Positions 1-15,040 of a DNA stretch of 64,000 nt are shown here, in pieces. The notes below the pieces were generated by a model. That model made no database searches, was not told the DNA's origin, and worked only from the letters and a program-made list of their open reading frames with translations. Both the position numbers and the translations under genes were made by a program. Origin of the DNA: Eledone cirrhosa. Its lineage: Eukaryota. The first letter of the stretch is position 1; every line of letters begins with the position of its first letter. The stretch covers positions 26,102,001 through 26,166,000 of the forward strand of contig OZ024742.1 of the NCBI GenBank assembly GCA_964016885.1, written 5' to 3'.

Positions 1-60
1 ACATTGGAGAATTTGCCTCTCAGATAAAATCAATAGCTCTAAAGAAATATCAAATAATGG

Positions 61-245
61 TTTCTTATATTGGCACTAGACCAGCAATTTTAAGGGAGGG
101 AAAGTTGATTAAATCGACCCCAGTGCGTGATTGCTACTATGTTTTATCCATCAATTAAGGATGAAAGGCAAAGCTAATCCCGGCGGGATTTGAATGCAGA
201 ACATAAAGGGAAATAACTCTATGCCATGAAGCATGGTTTTGTCAT
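61..245 (-). mobile_element. tRNA-derived SINE (octopus OK-like family), diverged copy
   Basis: Shares the block 'tcgaccccagt..tttatc..aaggatgaaaggcaaag..cggcgggatttgaa' with >10 other copies in the window; 'gggatttgaa' reads as a B-box-like ttcaaatccc on the - strand. Family name is from recall. Confidence 0.7.
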
Positions 246-439
246 TCTAGGCCACTCGTATCAACGTTATATTAGTGGTGAACATTTTAGGCGCTTTGTA
301 GGCAACATACTGTGATGTGAGTTATTGAATTGACAATAATGGCAAGGGGTGGGATATCAATATATGACGAAAAAGACATGCTTAGATGAGTATGCAAACA
401 CTGGCTATCTTGACGTATTTCTCTCCTGGTGTGTGTGTT

Positions 440-497
<58 letters not shown>

Positions 498-606
498 TAT
501 TTAATTGATTTTTTGTGTGGTTGATTATGCTAATTGGGAGAGGAGATACTATATATATTTTATCAAATGATTCTATGGACGTACTTTCTTGTATATATAT
601 ATATAC

Positions 607-1794
607 AAATGAGGAAACCGTCATCGGATACAAACCCTCCGAAATCGGCGATAAACTTCAAAACCTTTGCGATATTATCCAAACTATGTTCACTACTACC
701 AACCCAGGAAAAACCAAAGAAGAACCATGTGAGATTGATTCATACAAAATGAAAATTTGAACAATTCCAAAATGGAACAAATGCCTCAGAGACAGAAAGT
801 TGTCATTCTGGAAGATAATACAAAATCACAACAAAGCGGAGATATATGAAAAATGGCTTAACTCATCCCCTCTAGCTCTCCCCCGTAAAATACAAATAAA
901 GTCCATTCCAAATGAACCCGAATCTCAAAGACACCTTAGGGAAATAGCATTGGAAAAAATGAAGACAGAAATTGAACTTCTTAAATTGAGGGCCCAGACA
1001 AATGAAGAAAAAATCAAAACCATGAGATCCTCCTGGAAATCAACAATAAAACTGAAGGCCCCAAGGTAGAGAAGATCTTTAAATTATGGAAAGGGGACTG
1101 CAACAGAGAAGAACTGAAATGCCTTCAACGCTGGTAAAAAAGTGCCGCTTGGTTCCTACACTATGAATCGACTTTTCAACGGATTACACCTCTAATAACC
1201 CGTTCATAAAAATAGGAAAACACATAACCGAACCGGAAAACAACTTCGCAAACCCCCCAGCCACTAACAAAAGAAGAAGGAAGCACCACACTGAAGATGA
1301 ACTTCCCAACCTCGCTACCATAAGAAGGAACAAAACCCTAGAAATCATCTCCCCCAGAATGACATTTACAACTTTCCCCCTTAAAGGAGACACCATACCA
1401 AATCACTCAACTACTACGCGGATTCCTCATCGTCAAATATAGGGAAAATATACCACCACCATGATAGATGAACAACTTCCCCGCTTCAAGGGGACAGCAA
1501 GGTAATTTCCATTTTCTCAAATCTCGCTTCCACAATACACAACAAACCCACACCACACGATACAACCAACAACGTAGGCCACCTATAACACCACAATCCA
1601 ACATGGCACATAGAAACACACATCCATACTCGCAATACAGGAACACCCAATTCAATCTACAACCACGAACCCGAACCACATTTTACAACATCAAGGAATA
1701 TAACAAACACAGGAGACCACTTAATATCAGCAGACAACCCCTCTACCCCAACCATTTTTTAGACACAACACACAGATACAAGCAAACAAAATAA
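607..1794 (+). pseudogene. Disrupted ORF1-like region upstream of the PLE pol (charged, coiled-coil-like N-part; Q/N/R/T-rich C-part)
   Basis: Consecutive + strand ORF pieces (515-760, 800-1069, 1468-1794) with the same A/C-rich bias as pol; peptides REIALEKMKTEIELLKLRAQTNEEKI and LWKGDCNREELKCLQRW; the last piece overlaps the pol frame. Confidence 0.55.
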
Positions 1795-4073
1795 CACAAG
1801 ACAGGGAGCAGAAACCGAGAGTAATACAAATTATCAATCTAACTAGTGCAGAACCAACACCCAACCTTATCAACTTACTCTCCAAAGGTCTTAAATTCAC
1901 ACCGACCCCACTACGTCCTAACTACTATGAAATGAAGGAAGACATCACAGACTTCTGTAGAAAGTTACGACTCAGTGAAGAACTATTCGACCAGTACAAT
2001 GAGGATGAATCATTAGCCAGAAATAGAAGCAATTACACCCCATCAAAAGGTAGAAATAAAATTCTGGACGAATTCTGTGAACACATCACACACTTCCCTT
2101 ACCAACACTTGCACAGACAAAAACACAAGCCAAACCTCAACAAGAAAGAATGGGAAGAATTAAATAGATTAAAAACCGACAGAACCATTGCAATTAAAGA
2201 TGCTGATAAAGGGAGTAGTGCAGTCCTAATGGAGACATAATTCTATATCAACTTAGCGCTCTCCACTTTGGAAAAGGAAACATACTACGAAAAGGCTGAA
2301 CACTACAATCAACAGAAAATTATGAGAAACCTAAAAGTTCTGATCAACCAATTCAAAGAAGGACTCACTAACAAGGAATTCAGCTTCATCACAGACTTCA
2401 CAAGTAAATCCAGCCTTTTCTACGGTATCCCTAAAGTACATAAAAGCGAATTAATAAGTAAGGCATGCAAGGAAGCAACAGACATAGTCATCAATGTCCC
2501 CTCACCCAATGATCTCAAATTAAGACCTATAGTAGCAGGCCCCGCTTGCGAAACCCACCACCTTAGCAACTTCATTGATACTCTTCTCAAGCCTTTTCTC
2601 AAACACATCAAAAGCTATATAAGGGACGACTTAGATATGCTCAATCACCTCCCTAATATGCCCCTTTCTGAAGAAACCCTACTAGTGACGTTCGATGTAG
2701 TCAACCTATACTCCAACATTCCCCACAACCTAGGAATAGAAGCTATCCAATTCTGTGTGGAAAATTACCACAATGAACTCCCACAACGCATCAAAAAAGA
2801 ATTCGTGATAGAGGGACTCAAATTCATCTTGGAGAACAATTAATTCGTTTTAAATAACAGACCCTACAGGCAGAAATCTGGGACCGCTATGGGAACGAAA
2901 ACAGACCCCACTTATGCCAACCTAGTCATGGGATACCTGGAAATCACCCTCTACAATAAAGTACTAAACAAAGTTGGAAACACTCTCCACTTACACATAG
3001 AAAGGAAATGGAAGGGATATCTAGATGACTGCTTCATACTTTGGCACGAAAACATCGAGAAACTTAAAGAATTTCACAAACTTATAAATGGGCTCAACAC
3101 GAATATTAACTTCACGATGGAATACAGCCATCAACAACTCCCCTTCCTCGACATCCTCATTAAGATCCATAACAAAAAAATAGAAACATACATATACTAC
3201 AAGCCCACAGACTCCAAGCAGTATCTTCCTTTCAACTCTTGCCACCCTAGACACGTTAAAATTAATATTCCCTACAACTTAGCCAAGAGAATCTGTACTA
3301 TAGTATCCAATAAAAACACCTACTAAACACCTACTAAACGGCTACAAGAACTAAAGGACATACTCATAGGCAGGGACTACCCTGCATCACTAATTGACAA
3401 TGGAATCCAACGTGCCCTAAAACTCAGTACCCAGGACCTTAGACACCCTAAAGTAAATCAACTGAAACTAAAAGCTCTTCCATACATCTCCACACACAAC
3501 CCCCTCAACAATGAGGCCTTTGACACCATCCTCTAGAACATCCCTGTGTTGAAAAAGCACCATATAATGAACCAAATCCTACGAACACACGATATCATAA
3601 AGAGCAAAAGACAATCTAAGTCAATGAAAAACATCCTAACACATGCCAAAGTACTGCCAACCACAACAACGAAACCCACAGTAAAAAAATGCGATAGACC
3701 CAACTGTGGCATATGCATCAACCTAATAGAGGGTTCGAAATTCTATTTCAAAGAAGGACAACGTTTTATAGTAAAATATAATTTCACATGCGCATCAGAA
3801 AATCTAATATATATATTAACTTGCTCAGGTTGTCGAGAACAATACATAGGCCAGACCAAATTCAGCCTCCGCCAACATATGACTGTCCATAGATCCCAAA
3901 TTAAAATACGGAAATACAGGAAAGTACCACTGAGTGAACACATTGATACCTGTGCCGCCCAAAATCATCCCAACTTCAGAATCTTTCCCCTCTACAAATT
4001 TAAAGATAATGCCACCCACACCCAGCGCATCAGCAAGGAATCTCACTTATTAACAAATACGGACCCCGTCTAA
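1761..4073 (+). pseudogene. Penelope-like element (Neptune-type) reverse transcriptase + GIY-YIG endonuclease, inactivated
   Basis: Motifs IINLTS..LLSKGLKFTPTP, IKDADKG, FYGIPKVHK..RPIV, TFDVVNLYSNI, GTAMGT, YLDD (about 3018-3029), LPFLD, YKPTD, Cys linker KCDRPNCGIC, NLIYILTCSGCREQYIGQT. Stops at 2238, 2841, 3324 and 3534; 11-bp duplication near 3313-3334. Confidence 0.95.
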
Positions 4074-5395
<1,322 letters not shown>

Positions 5396-5502
5396 ATATA
5401 CAAAATAAATTAAATTAAGGGTGTCATGTCAGAGACACATGCGCCATATCTACTGTTGAATATGCCCAAGATTCTAATGAATAGATCCGAGCATTTTATA
5501 TC

Positions 5503-6195
5503 AACTAGAAATTGATTGACATATATATATCTAAAATAAACATATGAAACAATCACAAGGAATAATTTGTAAAAGTCTGTAAGCACACATAGCTAGGTAG
5601 GTAACTAATTAAATTTTAACTAGAACTTTAAACATAGATACATTATAAATTGATTAATCTTCCTTGTATATATTTCATTAAAGAAATATATTTCACCATC
5701 AATAGATCGGTAAACCACAGTTGTCAAATCCCTTAATTTAATTTTGGATATATATACCGCCCCTTAATTGTAAGGCTAACTCAGTTGAAAGGACTTGGCT
5801 GCTATTTCTAGTTGTCGATAACCCTATTCAAGCCACTGGGATGAAGCTGGTACGATGTGTGTATTTTCTAAAAATGCAACACGTTCTGCTAGTCATTCGC
5901 AGATTTGAATTTGCTGTGTAAACACATATAGTTAAATCTTCTCCCTTGTTGAACATCCTATATTTGGCTACTGTGGTTTACCGATCAATTGATGGTGAAA
6001 TATATTTCTTTAATGAAATATATACAAGGAAGATTAATCAATTTATAAGGTATCTATTTTTAAAGTTCTAGTTAAACTTTAATTAGTTACCTACCTAGCT
6101 TTGTGTACTTACACACTTTTACAAATTATTCCCTTTGATTGTTTCATATGTTTATTTTAGATATATATATATGTATCAATCAATTTATAGTTGAT
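5503..6195. repeat. Inverted repeat, ~220-bp arms (5503-5720 / 5970-6195)
   Basis: 'atatatctaaaataaacatatgaaacaatc...gatcggtaaaccacag' recurs as the reverse complement. Confidence 0.9.
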
Positions 6196-6317
6196 ATATA
6201 TATATATATATATATTTACATATACACCAATTAAACAAAGTCATAGATATATATGTGTTTTGGCAACCATTCACGATGTGGCTCAATGAAGAATTAATAA
6301 ATTAAATAATCAGAGCA

Positions 6318-6832
6318 ATATACTATAAAGTAAAGTGTGTCCATAGAATCATTTGATAATATATACACATCATTTCCTCACCCAATTACCATAATTAACC
6401 ACACAAAAAATCAATTAGACCAGGCTATAATATTAAAAGGCACCTATGAAGAAACAGTAAATAAATAAACGATAGCAGCCTCTTCGCGGCCAACCGCCAT
6501 AGAATATCTACCCAACATTTCAACAGCACGTGCAAATTAATTAAATATACGGTCAACCATACACAATTAGGTATGAAATTAAATTTAGAAATGCTTATAT
6601 ACATAACAAACCTTGAGTTTCGTTCTCATTTTGAGATATCCTATTAAGGATAAATCTCGAGTTTCGAACTCGTCAGGGGATAAACACGCTAGGACAGATT
6701 ATTTTCTGAAGTGTACCTTTGAATCTTATAGCCTGGTCTAATTGATTTTTTGTGTGGTTACTTATGCTAATTGGGAGAGGAAATGATGTATATATATTAT
6801 CAAATGATTCTATGGACATACTTTACTTTATA

Positions 6833-6835
<3 letters not shown>
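6318..6835. repeat. Inverted repeat (6318-6428 / 6728-6835); third copy at 503-590
   Basis: 'taattgattttttgtgtggtt..ctaattgggagagg..tatcaaatgattctatggac' at 503 and 6739, reverse complement at 6340-6418. Confidence 0.85.
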
Positions 6836-6884
<49 letters not shown>

Positions 6885-7421
6885 GAAGAATCAGAATCAG
6901 TTATGCAACGGAACTCAATTTATTGCGTATTATAAATGTTTCTACAGCGAACAGCTCGAGGTGCGATATGTTGGTGGATCGACCTGACTCTGGATTCGCA
7001 AGTTCCTCAGATACGTCAGTTGGTTACAAAGCAGGTTCTCCTTCTAAAGGGTTCCGATCTTCCGAGTATATATCGTCTGTCTTCATCCTGTCCGCGAGTT
7101 CTCTGTGTTGGTCACTGGTTTGTGACGTCTTCACAGTTCTGGCCACTGAGACTGCCCCCTGACCATCTAGTCGTGCGCTGCAATTCCTCTTCGACCCGAC
7201 ATCAAAATTACTGCAACGTGTACTTACACACACTCCCGCACAAACGCACACACACATTCATATACACTTATCTATATATACACCCACACGTACACAGTCA
7301 CACAAATATACCCACACATGGACATATGCGTACACATACACACACATGTGTACTTACATACAGCTACCTAGCAACACACAACCACACACATGTGCAAACA
7401 CACCCACACAAATGTGTATAT

Positions 7422-7490
<69 letters not shown>

Positions 7491-7626
7491 CACACGTGTT
7501 TACATACACACACAAATATATATACACACTCACCCGTATATATATACACATATATATATATATATATACATATATATAAATATATATATATATATGTATG
7601 TATGTATATATATATATATATATATA

Positions 7627-9228
7627 TGTAGGAGGTGAGTTTTATTGTAGTACAATAAAGCAAAGCAGATATCGGATAATAAGCACTCTACAGTTTGTAG
7701 GACTGGAGTATACATAATATATAAGAACAAAAGATGGTTAAAAGAGTTCCATGTATTTTATTATGCGCATTTCAAAAACAAATATCATCATGCAATAATA
7801 TTTGTGTTTTCATCAGATAAAGCAGGAAGACATGATATGAAAATTAAAAAACACTTGTGGGTAGTTCAGTTTTAAATCAACATATGAGAAGTAGTTTTAG
7901 ATTGATGTGTGATATTGGGAAGAATATTTTATTTATGGGGGGGGGGGAGGCAGGATGAAAAAAAGGAGGAGATGAGAGTAAAAGGTGGAGAGGGAGGAGT
8001 ATAATGAGGAAGGATGAGATAAGAGGAGAGATGGGTGATAGAGAGAGAGAGATAGCTTTTATAACTGAGAAAGATATATTGTTTTACATAGAGAGGTTGA
8101 AAACCGTTGGAAGATAATGTATAAATTAAAAGAATTTGAAAATTAACGAAGAGAAGAATAATGTAAAGTTAAGGTTTGTATATTGAGGGGTTTGATAATA
8201 TGTGCGAAGAAAAAGAAAATGTTAATATGTATTGAGAATAATGAGTTAGATGAAAGGGAGTAAAGAATAATGAATTGAGGATGAATAATCTAACGTCAAA
8301 AAATGTATATGTTTACGAATGATTTTTACAAGGTAATATAGAGTAAGAATGTATTGTATTATGTAATAATTGATTCTATGTTAGGCAAGAGTGAGAAAAG
8401 GTACAGATTAGGGGTTAGACATTATAAGAAGAAGAGAAGAAAGGGAAGTGATAAATAGGGGCGATGTAGAATGAGTAAACAAGTATTATAGAATTTGAAA
8501 ATTAACGGAGAGAAAAATAATGTAAAGTTAAGGTTTGTATATTGAGGGGTTTGATAATATGTGCGAAGAAGAAGTAAATGTTAATATGTATTGAGAATAA
8601 TGAGTTAGATGAAAGGGAGAAGAGAATAATGAATTGAGGAAGAATAATCTAACGTCAAAACATGTATATGTTTACGAAGGATTTTACAAGGTGATATAGA
8701 GTAAGAATGTATTGTATTATGTAATAATTGATTCTATGTTAGGCAAGAGTGAGAAAAGGTACAGATTAGGGGCTAGACATGGGTATATTTTTAAAAGAAG
8801 TGTATATATATATATGTGCCTTTGAGAAAAAGATTCTAAATTGATAAAGAATTGAATATTAGCTGTATACTTTGTGAAATGGTTTATGGAATTTATGCAA
8901 GCAGATAGAAAACAAGTCAGTGTCTATTTATTATAGAATCTAGATAATAAATAATGGTAAATTTTTCATTTAGACAGAGATTGCAGATTTTGGATAGAGA
9001 ACTGTTCAAGTATAGAGACGCAGAAGAAACCTTTTTCCAAAAGATGCTATATTTAATATTTTTGTCTTTCAAGGACCATATGAGTTCTGAGAGAGCCGTG
9101 TTGGTTCTTTTAAGTTTGTATTTAAAAGACGAATGATGGTTATAAAGACGAGCTTTAAAAGAGGTGGAAGTGGAGCCAAAATAGGTGAAGGAATTGTGTC
9201 AGTTATAACTTTACATTCGTAAATTAAG
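7627..9228 (-). mobile_element. 5'-truncated Naiad-type PLE: GIY-YIG remnant, 3' UTR with ~360-bp direct repeat, pseudo-LTR
   Basis: - strand reads YECKVITD..YFGSTSTSFKARLYNHHSSFKY..TALSELIWSLKDKNIKYSIFWK..KICNLCLNEK..(frameshift)..ICLHK at ~9222-8860; direct repeats 8131-8421 / 8490-8780. Confidence 0.85.
7757..7821 (-). ncRNA. Type I hammerhead ribozyme
   Basis: tttat-CTGATGA-aaacacaaatattat/atgatatttgttttt-GAAA-tgcgca-TA-ataaa: 5-bp stem I, ~14-bp stem II, palindromic stem III, AUA triplet. Confidence 0.85.
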
Positions 9229-9239
9229 TTCTACTCGTT

Positions 9240-9320
<81 letters not shown>

Positions 9321-9449
9321 TCGTTCCTATTTTAAATATCTTTCTCAGTTCAGAGAGGGAGTTAATCCGCCTGGCTAAAAACATGCCATAGTAATGCTGT
9401 ATGCCACTACAGCGCCCCTACGTGTCCAACAGGAGGTTTGTGAACATGC

Positions 9450-9778
9450 ATGCCTTGGTGGCTAGAACGTCAAGCTTTCACTCGGGAGGTTGTTGGTACT
9501 ATTCTCGGTCCGGGCTTTGTGTTGTGTTCTTGAGCAAGACACTTTATTTCACGTTGCTCCCGTTCAATTCAGCTGCAGAAATGAGTTGCGACATCACTGG
9601 TGCCAAGCTGTATCGCCCTTTGCCTTTCCATTGGATAATATCGGTGATGTGGGGAGAGGAGACTGGTATGTATGGGTCACTGCTGGTTATCCACAAACAA
9701 CCCTGACCGGATTTGTGCCTCGGAGGAGAACTTTCTAGATGCAAATCCCATGATCATTCTTGATTGAAGGGTTCTTTA
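9450..9778 (+). mobile_element. tRNA-derived SINE (second family)
   Basis: tRNA-like head followed by 'tgtgttgtgttcttgagcaagacactttatttcacgttgctcc', shared with 14826-14868. Confidence 0.7.
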
Positions 9779-9792
9779 ATATATATATATAT

Positions 9793-10836
9793 ACTAGCGA
9801 TGGAACCCGGCGTTGCACGAGATAAGGTATTTTGGAACGCGGGCCGCCAAAGCGGGCCGAGGAAATCCTAAAGATTATCCAGCCATCAGAGTATTCGGTT
9901 TATTTTCTTTACATATTATCCAGGCATGCAGTTTTTCTACGATTAGGTCTGTTGGCGGCCCGCGGTCCAAAATACCTTATCTCGAACAACGCCGGGTTCC
10001 ACCGCTAGTATATATATGTATAATAATCGTAGAAAAACTGCATGCCTGGATAATATGTAAAGAAAATAAACCGAATACTCTGATGGCTGGATAATCTTTA
10101 GGATTTTCCGCGATGAAGAAGGAAAAATGTAGGTTTTCACCTAGGTGATCAAGAAAATATTTTTTTTTTATGTGCATAATATGCCTTGAAATTTCGGGAT
10201 ATCGGCTAAATGTAACGCCTCTAAAAGGCCCTAGAAAGCTGAAAAAAAATGAAGTTTTTCACCATAAAAAAGTTGGATTTTCTTCTCTCACGGTATGAAA
10301 AAGAGACTGACTAATACATAGTTACAATTTTAAGGAAATTGATCTGACGTAACGCCTCGAAAATACGCTAAAAAGCTTATGAAACGCAGTTTTTCACCTA
10401 ATGCGGGCGCTAGGAGAGGAAAAAGTTGAATATTTTATGTACATAACACTCCATGAAACAGAAGTAATACACATGTAAAGTTTTAAAAGAATCGGCTGGG
10501 TACTTCTCGAGTTTTAGGGATTCAAACTGACAGACACACACACACACATCCTCATGGAAGTGACGTAATGCAGACAGCCAGACATACAGACAGATATTAT
10601 AAGAGCGCGACGTTATATGTATGTATCTATCTAAAAAGAGAAAGACTAAGAATTATAGAGAGAGATCGTTAAATCGCCTAATGCGGTCCTTAAGGGATTG
10701 AAAATTTGAAATTTCTTTCGTTCAGAACACTCCCTGAAACATAAGTATTAGATGTGTAAAGTTTGAAAACATTCGATTAGGTGCTTCTCTAGTTTTAGGG
10801 ATTCAAACTCACACACACAGAGACAGACATCCTCAG

Positions 10837-10840
<4 letters not shown>
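9793..10840 (-). mobile_element. Non-autonomous Helitron-like element with rearranged, inverted end
   Basis: Terminus 'actagcgatggaacccggcgttgcacgag' (CTAG end with subterminal GC-rich hairpin on -); other end 'acagacatcctcagttatatat'; internal repeat 10430-10552 / 10720-10834; inversions 9793-9847 / 9955-10009 and 9865-9944 / 10024-10105. Confidence 0.55.
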
Positions 10841-10910
<70 letters not shown>

Positions 10911-11049
10911 GTTAAACGATATTCAATGATTATGTCAAAGAATGAGTTTTACAGTAGATTGGAAGCACTCTACTGTAAAAATAATTTTCTGGAGTTATTA
11001 ATATTAAAATATAAATATTAATAAAATAGATGTTCTTTTGATCAATTAC

Positions 11050-11102
11050 ATTTTATTATACATATTTCGGATGTACAAAAGTACGTCCTCATCAGACAAA
11101 AT
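11050..11102 (-). ncRNA. Type I hammerhead ribozyme
   Basis: attttgt-CTGATGA-ggacgtac/tttt/gtacatcc-GAAA-tatgta-TA-ataaaat; inside a (TA)n-flanked unit 10908-11165; degenerate relative at 33150-33214(+). Confidence 0.8.
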
Positions 11103-11167
11103 ATAATGATACATGACATACCCTGAGATGTTAAATGGTTAAGATTTAATCAAGGTAGTAGCTACTA

Positions 11168-11536
<369 letters not shown>

Positions 11537-11660
11537 AAGGCTTCTTTGTCTATTTTTATAATTTTTCGGCTCTGTTGTATTACATTCAGCTATATCCTAT
11601 ACTGTCATTTCTATAATATGACGAGTGTGTTTTACTCCAACGCACTCTAGTATTTTAATT

Positions 11661-11736
<76 letters not shown>

Positions 11737-13279
11737 TATTTTCTTCAGAGACCATATTCCTTCATTCTTATGAGTGAGTATCATTGAAGAGAAATTTGAG
11801 TATTTTTTTTTTTATCTTGAACGTTGGTGAAGATTCTTCCACGATGGATCGTGTCTTGATTAATGGCCACAATGAGTAGATTATGCAACCGCATCGACAT
11901 TTCCTCAATTCTTCGTGAAAATTTTACAACACATATATTATTAGCAGCATCGTTAAAAAATACTCAAGAAGGGAATCACATCACGTAATATCATTGTCAT
12001 TTGCGATGAATCATGAAATTTATGCGAGAATTGATCAATTTCTGCTAATTTTAGGAAATTCATCCTTTATCTTTTACATTATTGAAATCGTTATCACTTG
12101 GTTGGGGGCTTGATGTCTGATATTAACGGCCTTCCTATGATTTGGTTTAGGATTAGAATTGAAGTGTGGGGAAAACTGTTTAGGTTCTGCTTTTTTGTAT
12201 GAAAGAAGCACGTCGATTTATTTAAGTTTCGTATGCATTACCAATAGATATTAATTTGTTGTTTTTTTCCTCACATCTTTCGTTTTGGTCTTATCGTTGG
12301 AACAAACGAAGCCGTATAAAATAAATCAAAATGGAAGAAATTATCCAAACTTCATTTCGAACAAAGCATCTCAGCGAATGAATAATTGGAATAAAGAATT
12401 AAATAGCATTAGAAAAAGCAGAAAAAAAGAGAAGAAAAAGTTTAGCCCTCGTGATATGTTACCATATTCAATATCACTGGCACCAAATTAATTCCGACAA
12501 ATTGCTTCATATGTTAATCCTTTAAGAATATTCCATGCCTGGAAATTTGAGAATATTTAGCAAAAGATTTATAACATGAAGGAGGTAGTTGGTCTCTCTA
12601 TTGCGTAGATCGGGAGCACGAGTTGGACTGATCCTTGAGTTTCATTTATGGTGTAGGCATGTGGAATCTATTTATTTTCATAAGCATGAGTAGGTTGAGA
12701 AACGAATCATGACTCAGATGTGAAAATAACTCTCTAATAAAAATGATTTCTAACTCCAAACCAAACAACTAACAAAACCAAAAATGTCTCGTGAAAGAAG
12801 AAAGCGCTGTTGCAATATAGTTACAGTTCATCCGATAGGCTTCATTACAGTTTACATCTACCCAATTTATCTCAAAAGGCATGAGTCCATAGAAGGATAG
12901 AGAGTGTTACACAGCAAGAGCAAAAGGGACATAGAGGAAGAATAGATCCCAGTACTTGAATGGTAGTCTTTTTTATCGACCTTATATGGATGAAATGCGA
13001 AGTTGAGCATGGACCTCACATTACAAATTATCCAACAACGATGTGTACGGCGGTATGACAGATGCAATTAAACCACGTAATCAGTGCATGTTCTGTCATA
13101 CAAATTAGAATGACAATGTATGATCTGTTAAACAAATCAATCTAAGGAAGGAGGATATGGTTTGTATATGCAACAAATACTCACAAGTTACTAATCTCTC
13201 CGTTTACAGACGGTTAACATATCTCTCTTGTAAGGTGCATGGCCTGGTGTTAAGGGTGTTGGACTTACAATAATATATG

Positions 13280-14535
13280 TTTCTTTTATTTGCCACCAGG
13301 GCATCAAAAGTGGGACAAGTACAATGGGGAGGAGTTTACAAAACAAGGCGTCCTCAATAAGGAGGAGGCAATAACAAAATATAAAAATAAAATAAAATAT
13401 AACAAAAAATTAAATTTATAACAAAATCCTCAATAGAGAGGAGGCGCCTTGGGGGGTCGCACACACCCCCGAAAAAAGTGTGCAACCCTTCTCCTCAGGA
13501 GCACAGAGAGGGGGTGCTCCCTCGTTCCTTCCTCTTTTCCACCTACAGGCTTATGTAAAGAGAAGGCCCATTCACACGGGCCATCCTCGCCACTTTCACC
13601 CACCTTTTATAAAAACGACTGGGGTGGAGCATCTCTCTCTCCATCCTGATCCTCTTCCGAAATGATATCGGAAGAAACGGACCAGTTGTTGGCCACAGAG
13701 AAAGGTGCCTGACCTCAGTCCTTTCCGACGCGTCCACCATACAACTTCTTTCACCATGGCTATTACGCACATAAACACCGCCTCTCCTTCATCTGTGAAG
13801 GGGGGAGGCGGCTTGATCATTACAATAGACTCGGTGGTCAACAGGATCGGCCCCACCCTTAACAGCAGTTGTTCGACATAGCCCCACAGATTGGCTACGC
13901 CCGAGCAGTGTACCAATGCGTGTGCAACGGTTTCCTCGTCGCACACGCATCTGGGACAGATCTTTTTGGCGGGGTCCCTACCCGGAATTGGAAGAGCGCG
14001 CGCTCCATCTTGGCGAGGGTTTCCCTTGGGCAAGGCACAACGGTCAGGCGGTAGTAGATGACGGACGCTATATAGGTGTTCGCCACCTCCTCCCGACCTT
14101 TCAGGGATAGTTTGCAACAGGCCCACTTCTGGGTCAGTGCAAACACCCTGTTCGTAACCTCCGCCCAGTCCTTCTCCACCTGGAGGTCTGGTCCGAACCA
14201 AACCCCGAGAAACTTCACCGGGCCCTCCGTCCAGCGTCCGACGACGCCATCGGAGGGCATCGGTCTGCCTCTCCACGTGCCGAGTTGCAAACCGATCGAC
14301 TTGTCCCGGTTCAGCTTAGCCCCTGTGAACCTTTCGTACTCCTCCATAAGGTGCCGAACGCCCCGATTTCGGAGGCCGTCGACACCATTACTGTCACGTC
14401 ATCGGCGTAGGCCGACACCGCTTTCCGCAATCCCGGTTCCAAAGGGATGCCCTGCAACAACTCCAACTTCCGCAGTAGTGGCTCGAGAGTCAACACATAC
14501 AGAAGGGAGGAGAGAGGGCACCAGAGAGACTGTAT
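13280..14535 (-). mobile_element. L1/Tx1-like LINE fragment (RT C-half + Zn finger), frameshifted and internally deleted
   Basis: CPLSSLLYVLTLEPLL..SAYADDVTV, GAKLNRDKS, VKFLGVWF, KLSLKGREEVANTY, CPRCVCDEETVAHALVHC; GC-rich; aataaa at the 3' end (~13285-13290). Confidence 0.9.
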
Positions 14536-14749
14536 GTACCGACGCAATCTACATAGAACCTCTCATTAAACCTGATACTAGAAATCGAATACTTATGTTG
14601 TGTCAACCTTTGAGACGTAATTAGCTAGAATAATTCATGCTGTATTCATATATTCCAGTATATAGAGGCTACTACATAAAATGTTTGTGATATCAGTGGT
14701 TTATAATATCTAACAGTATCTGTTATATCACTGGTTTGTGTTATTTATT

Positions 14750-15040
14750 GTGGAGGCGCGTGACAGTGGAAAGTGTGTTGGATTTACGATCATAATGTTG
14801 TGGGTTCGATTCCTGAAGTGGGTTGTGTGTTGTGATCTTGAACAAAATACTTTATTTCACGTTGCTCCAGTATACTAAGCTGAAAATGAATACAAACAAA
14901 AATAACTGGCTGGTCAACTCTGCGATGGACTTGCGTCCTGTCTAGAGAGGAAGTCTTGTCTTCTCAATCGCTTCACGCCACGGAAGCCGGGATAAACACC
15001 GGCTTGGTGAACCTCCGACTTCGAGACAAACTTTAACCTG
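14750..15040 (+). mobile_element. tRNA-derived SINE with V-domain-like body
   Basis: Head 'ggaggcgcgtg..gtgggttcgattcctg' (B box), then 'ctgcgatggacttgcgtcctgtctag..tcgcttcacgccacggaagccgggataa'. Confidence 0.7.

Noticed and set aside
6610-6682. HHR on - strand (CTGACGA-gttc..gaac-GAAA)
   Set aside because: Stem I has no partner; at best a decayed copy.
12095-12170. GRPLISDIKPPT resembling a PLE RT motif on -
   Set aside because: Surrounded by stops; other RT motifs are not recoverable by eye.
12790-12900. WVDVNCNEAYRMNC resembling a C-type lectin end on -
   Set aside because: Short, flanked by stops, no other lectin motifs or splice support.
14750-14825. tRNA gene
   Set aside because: Only a degenerate SINE head; no cloverleaf can be formed.
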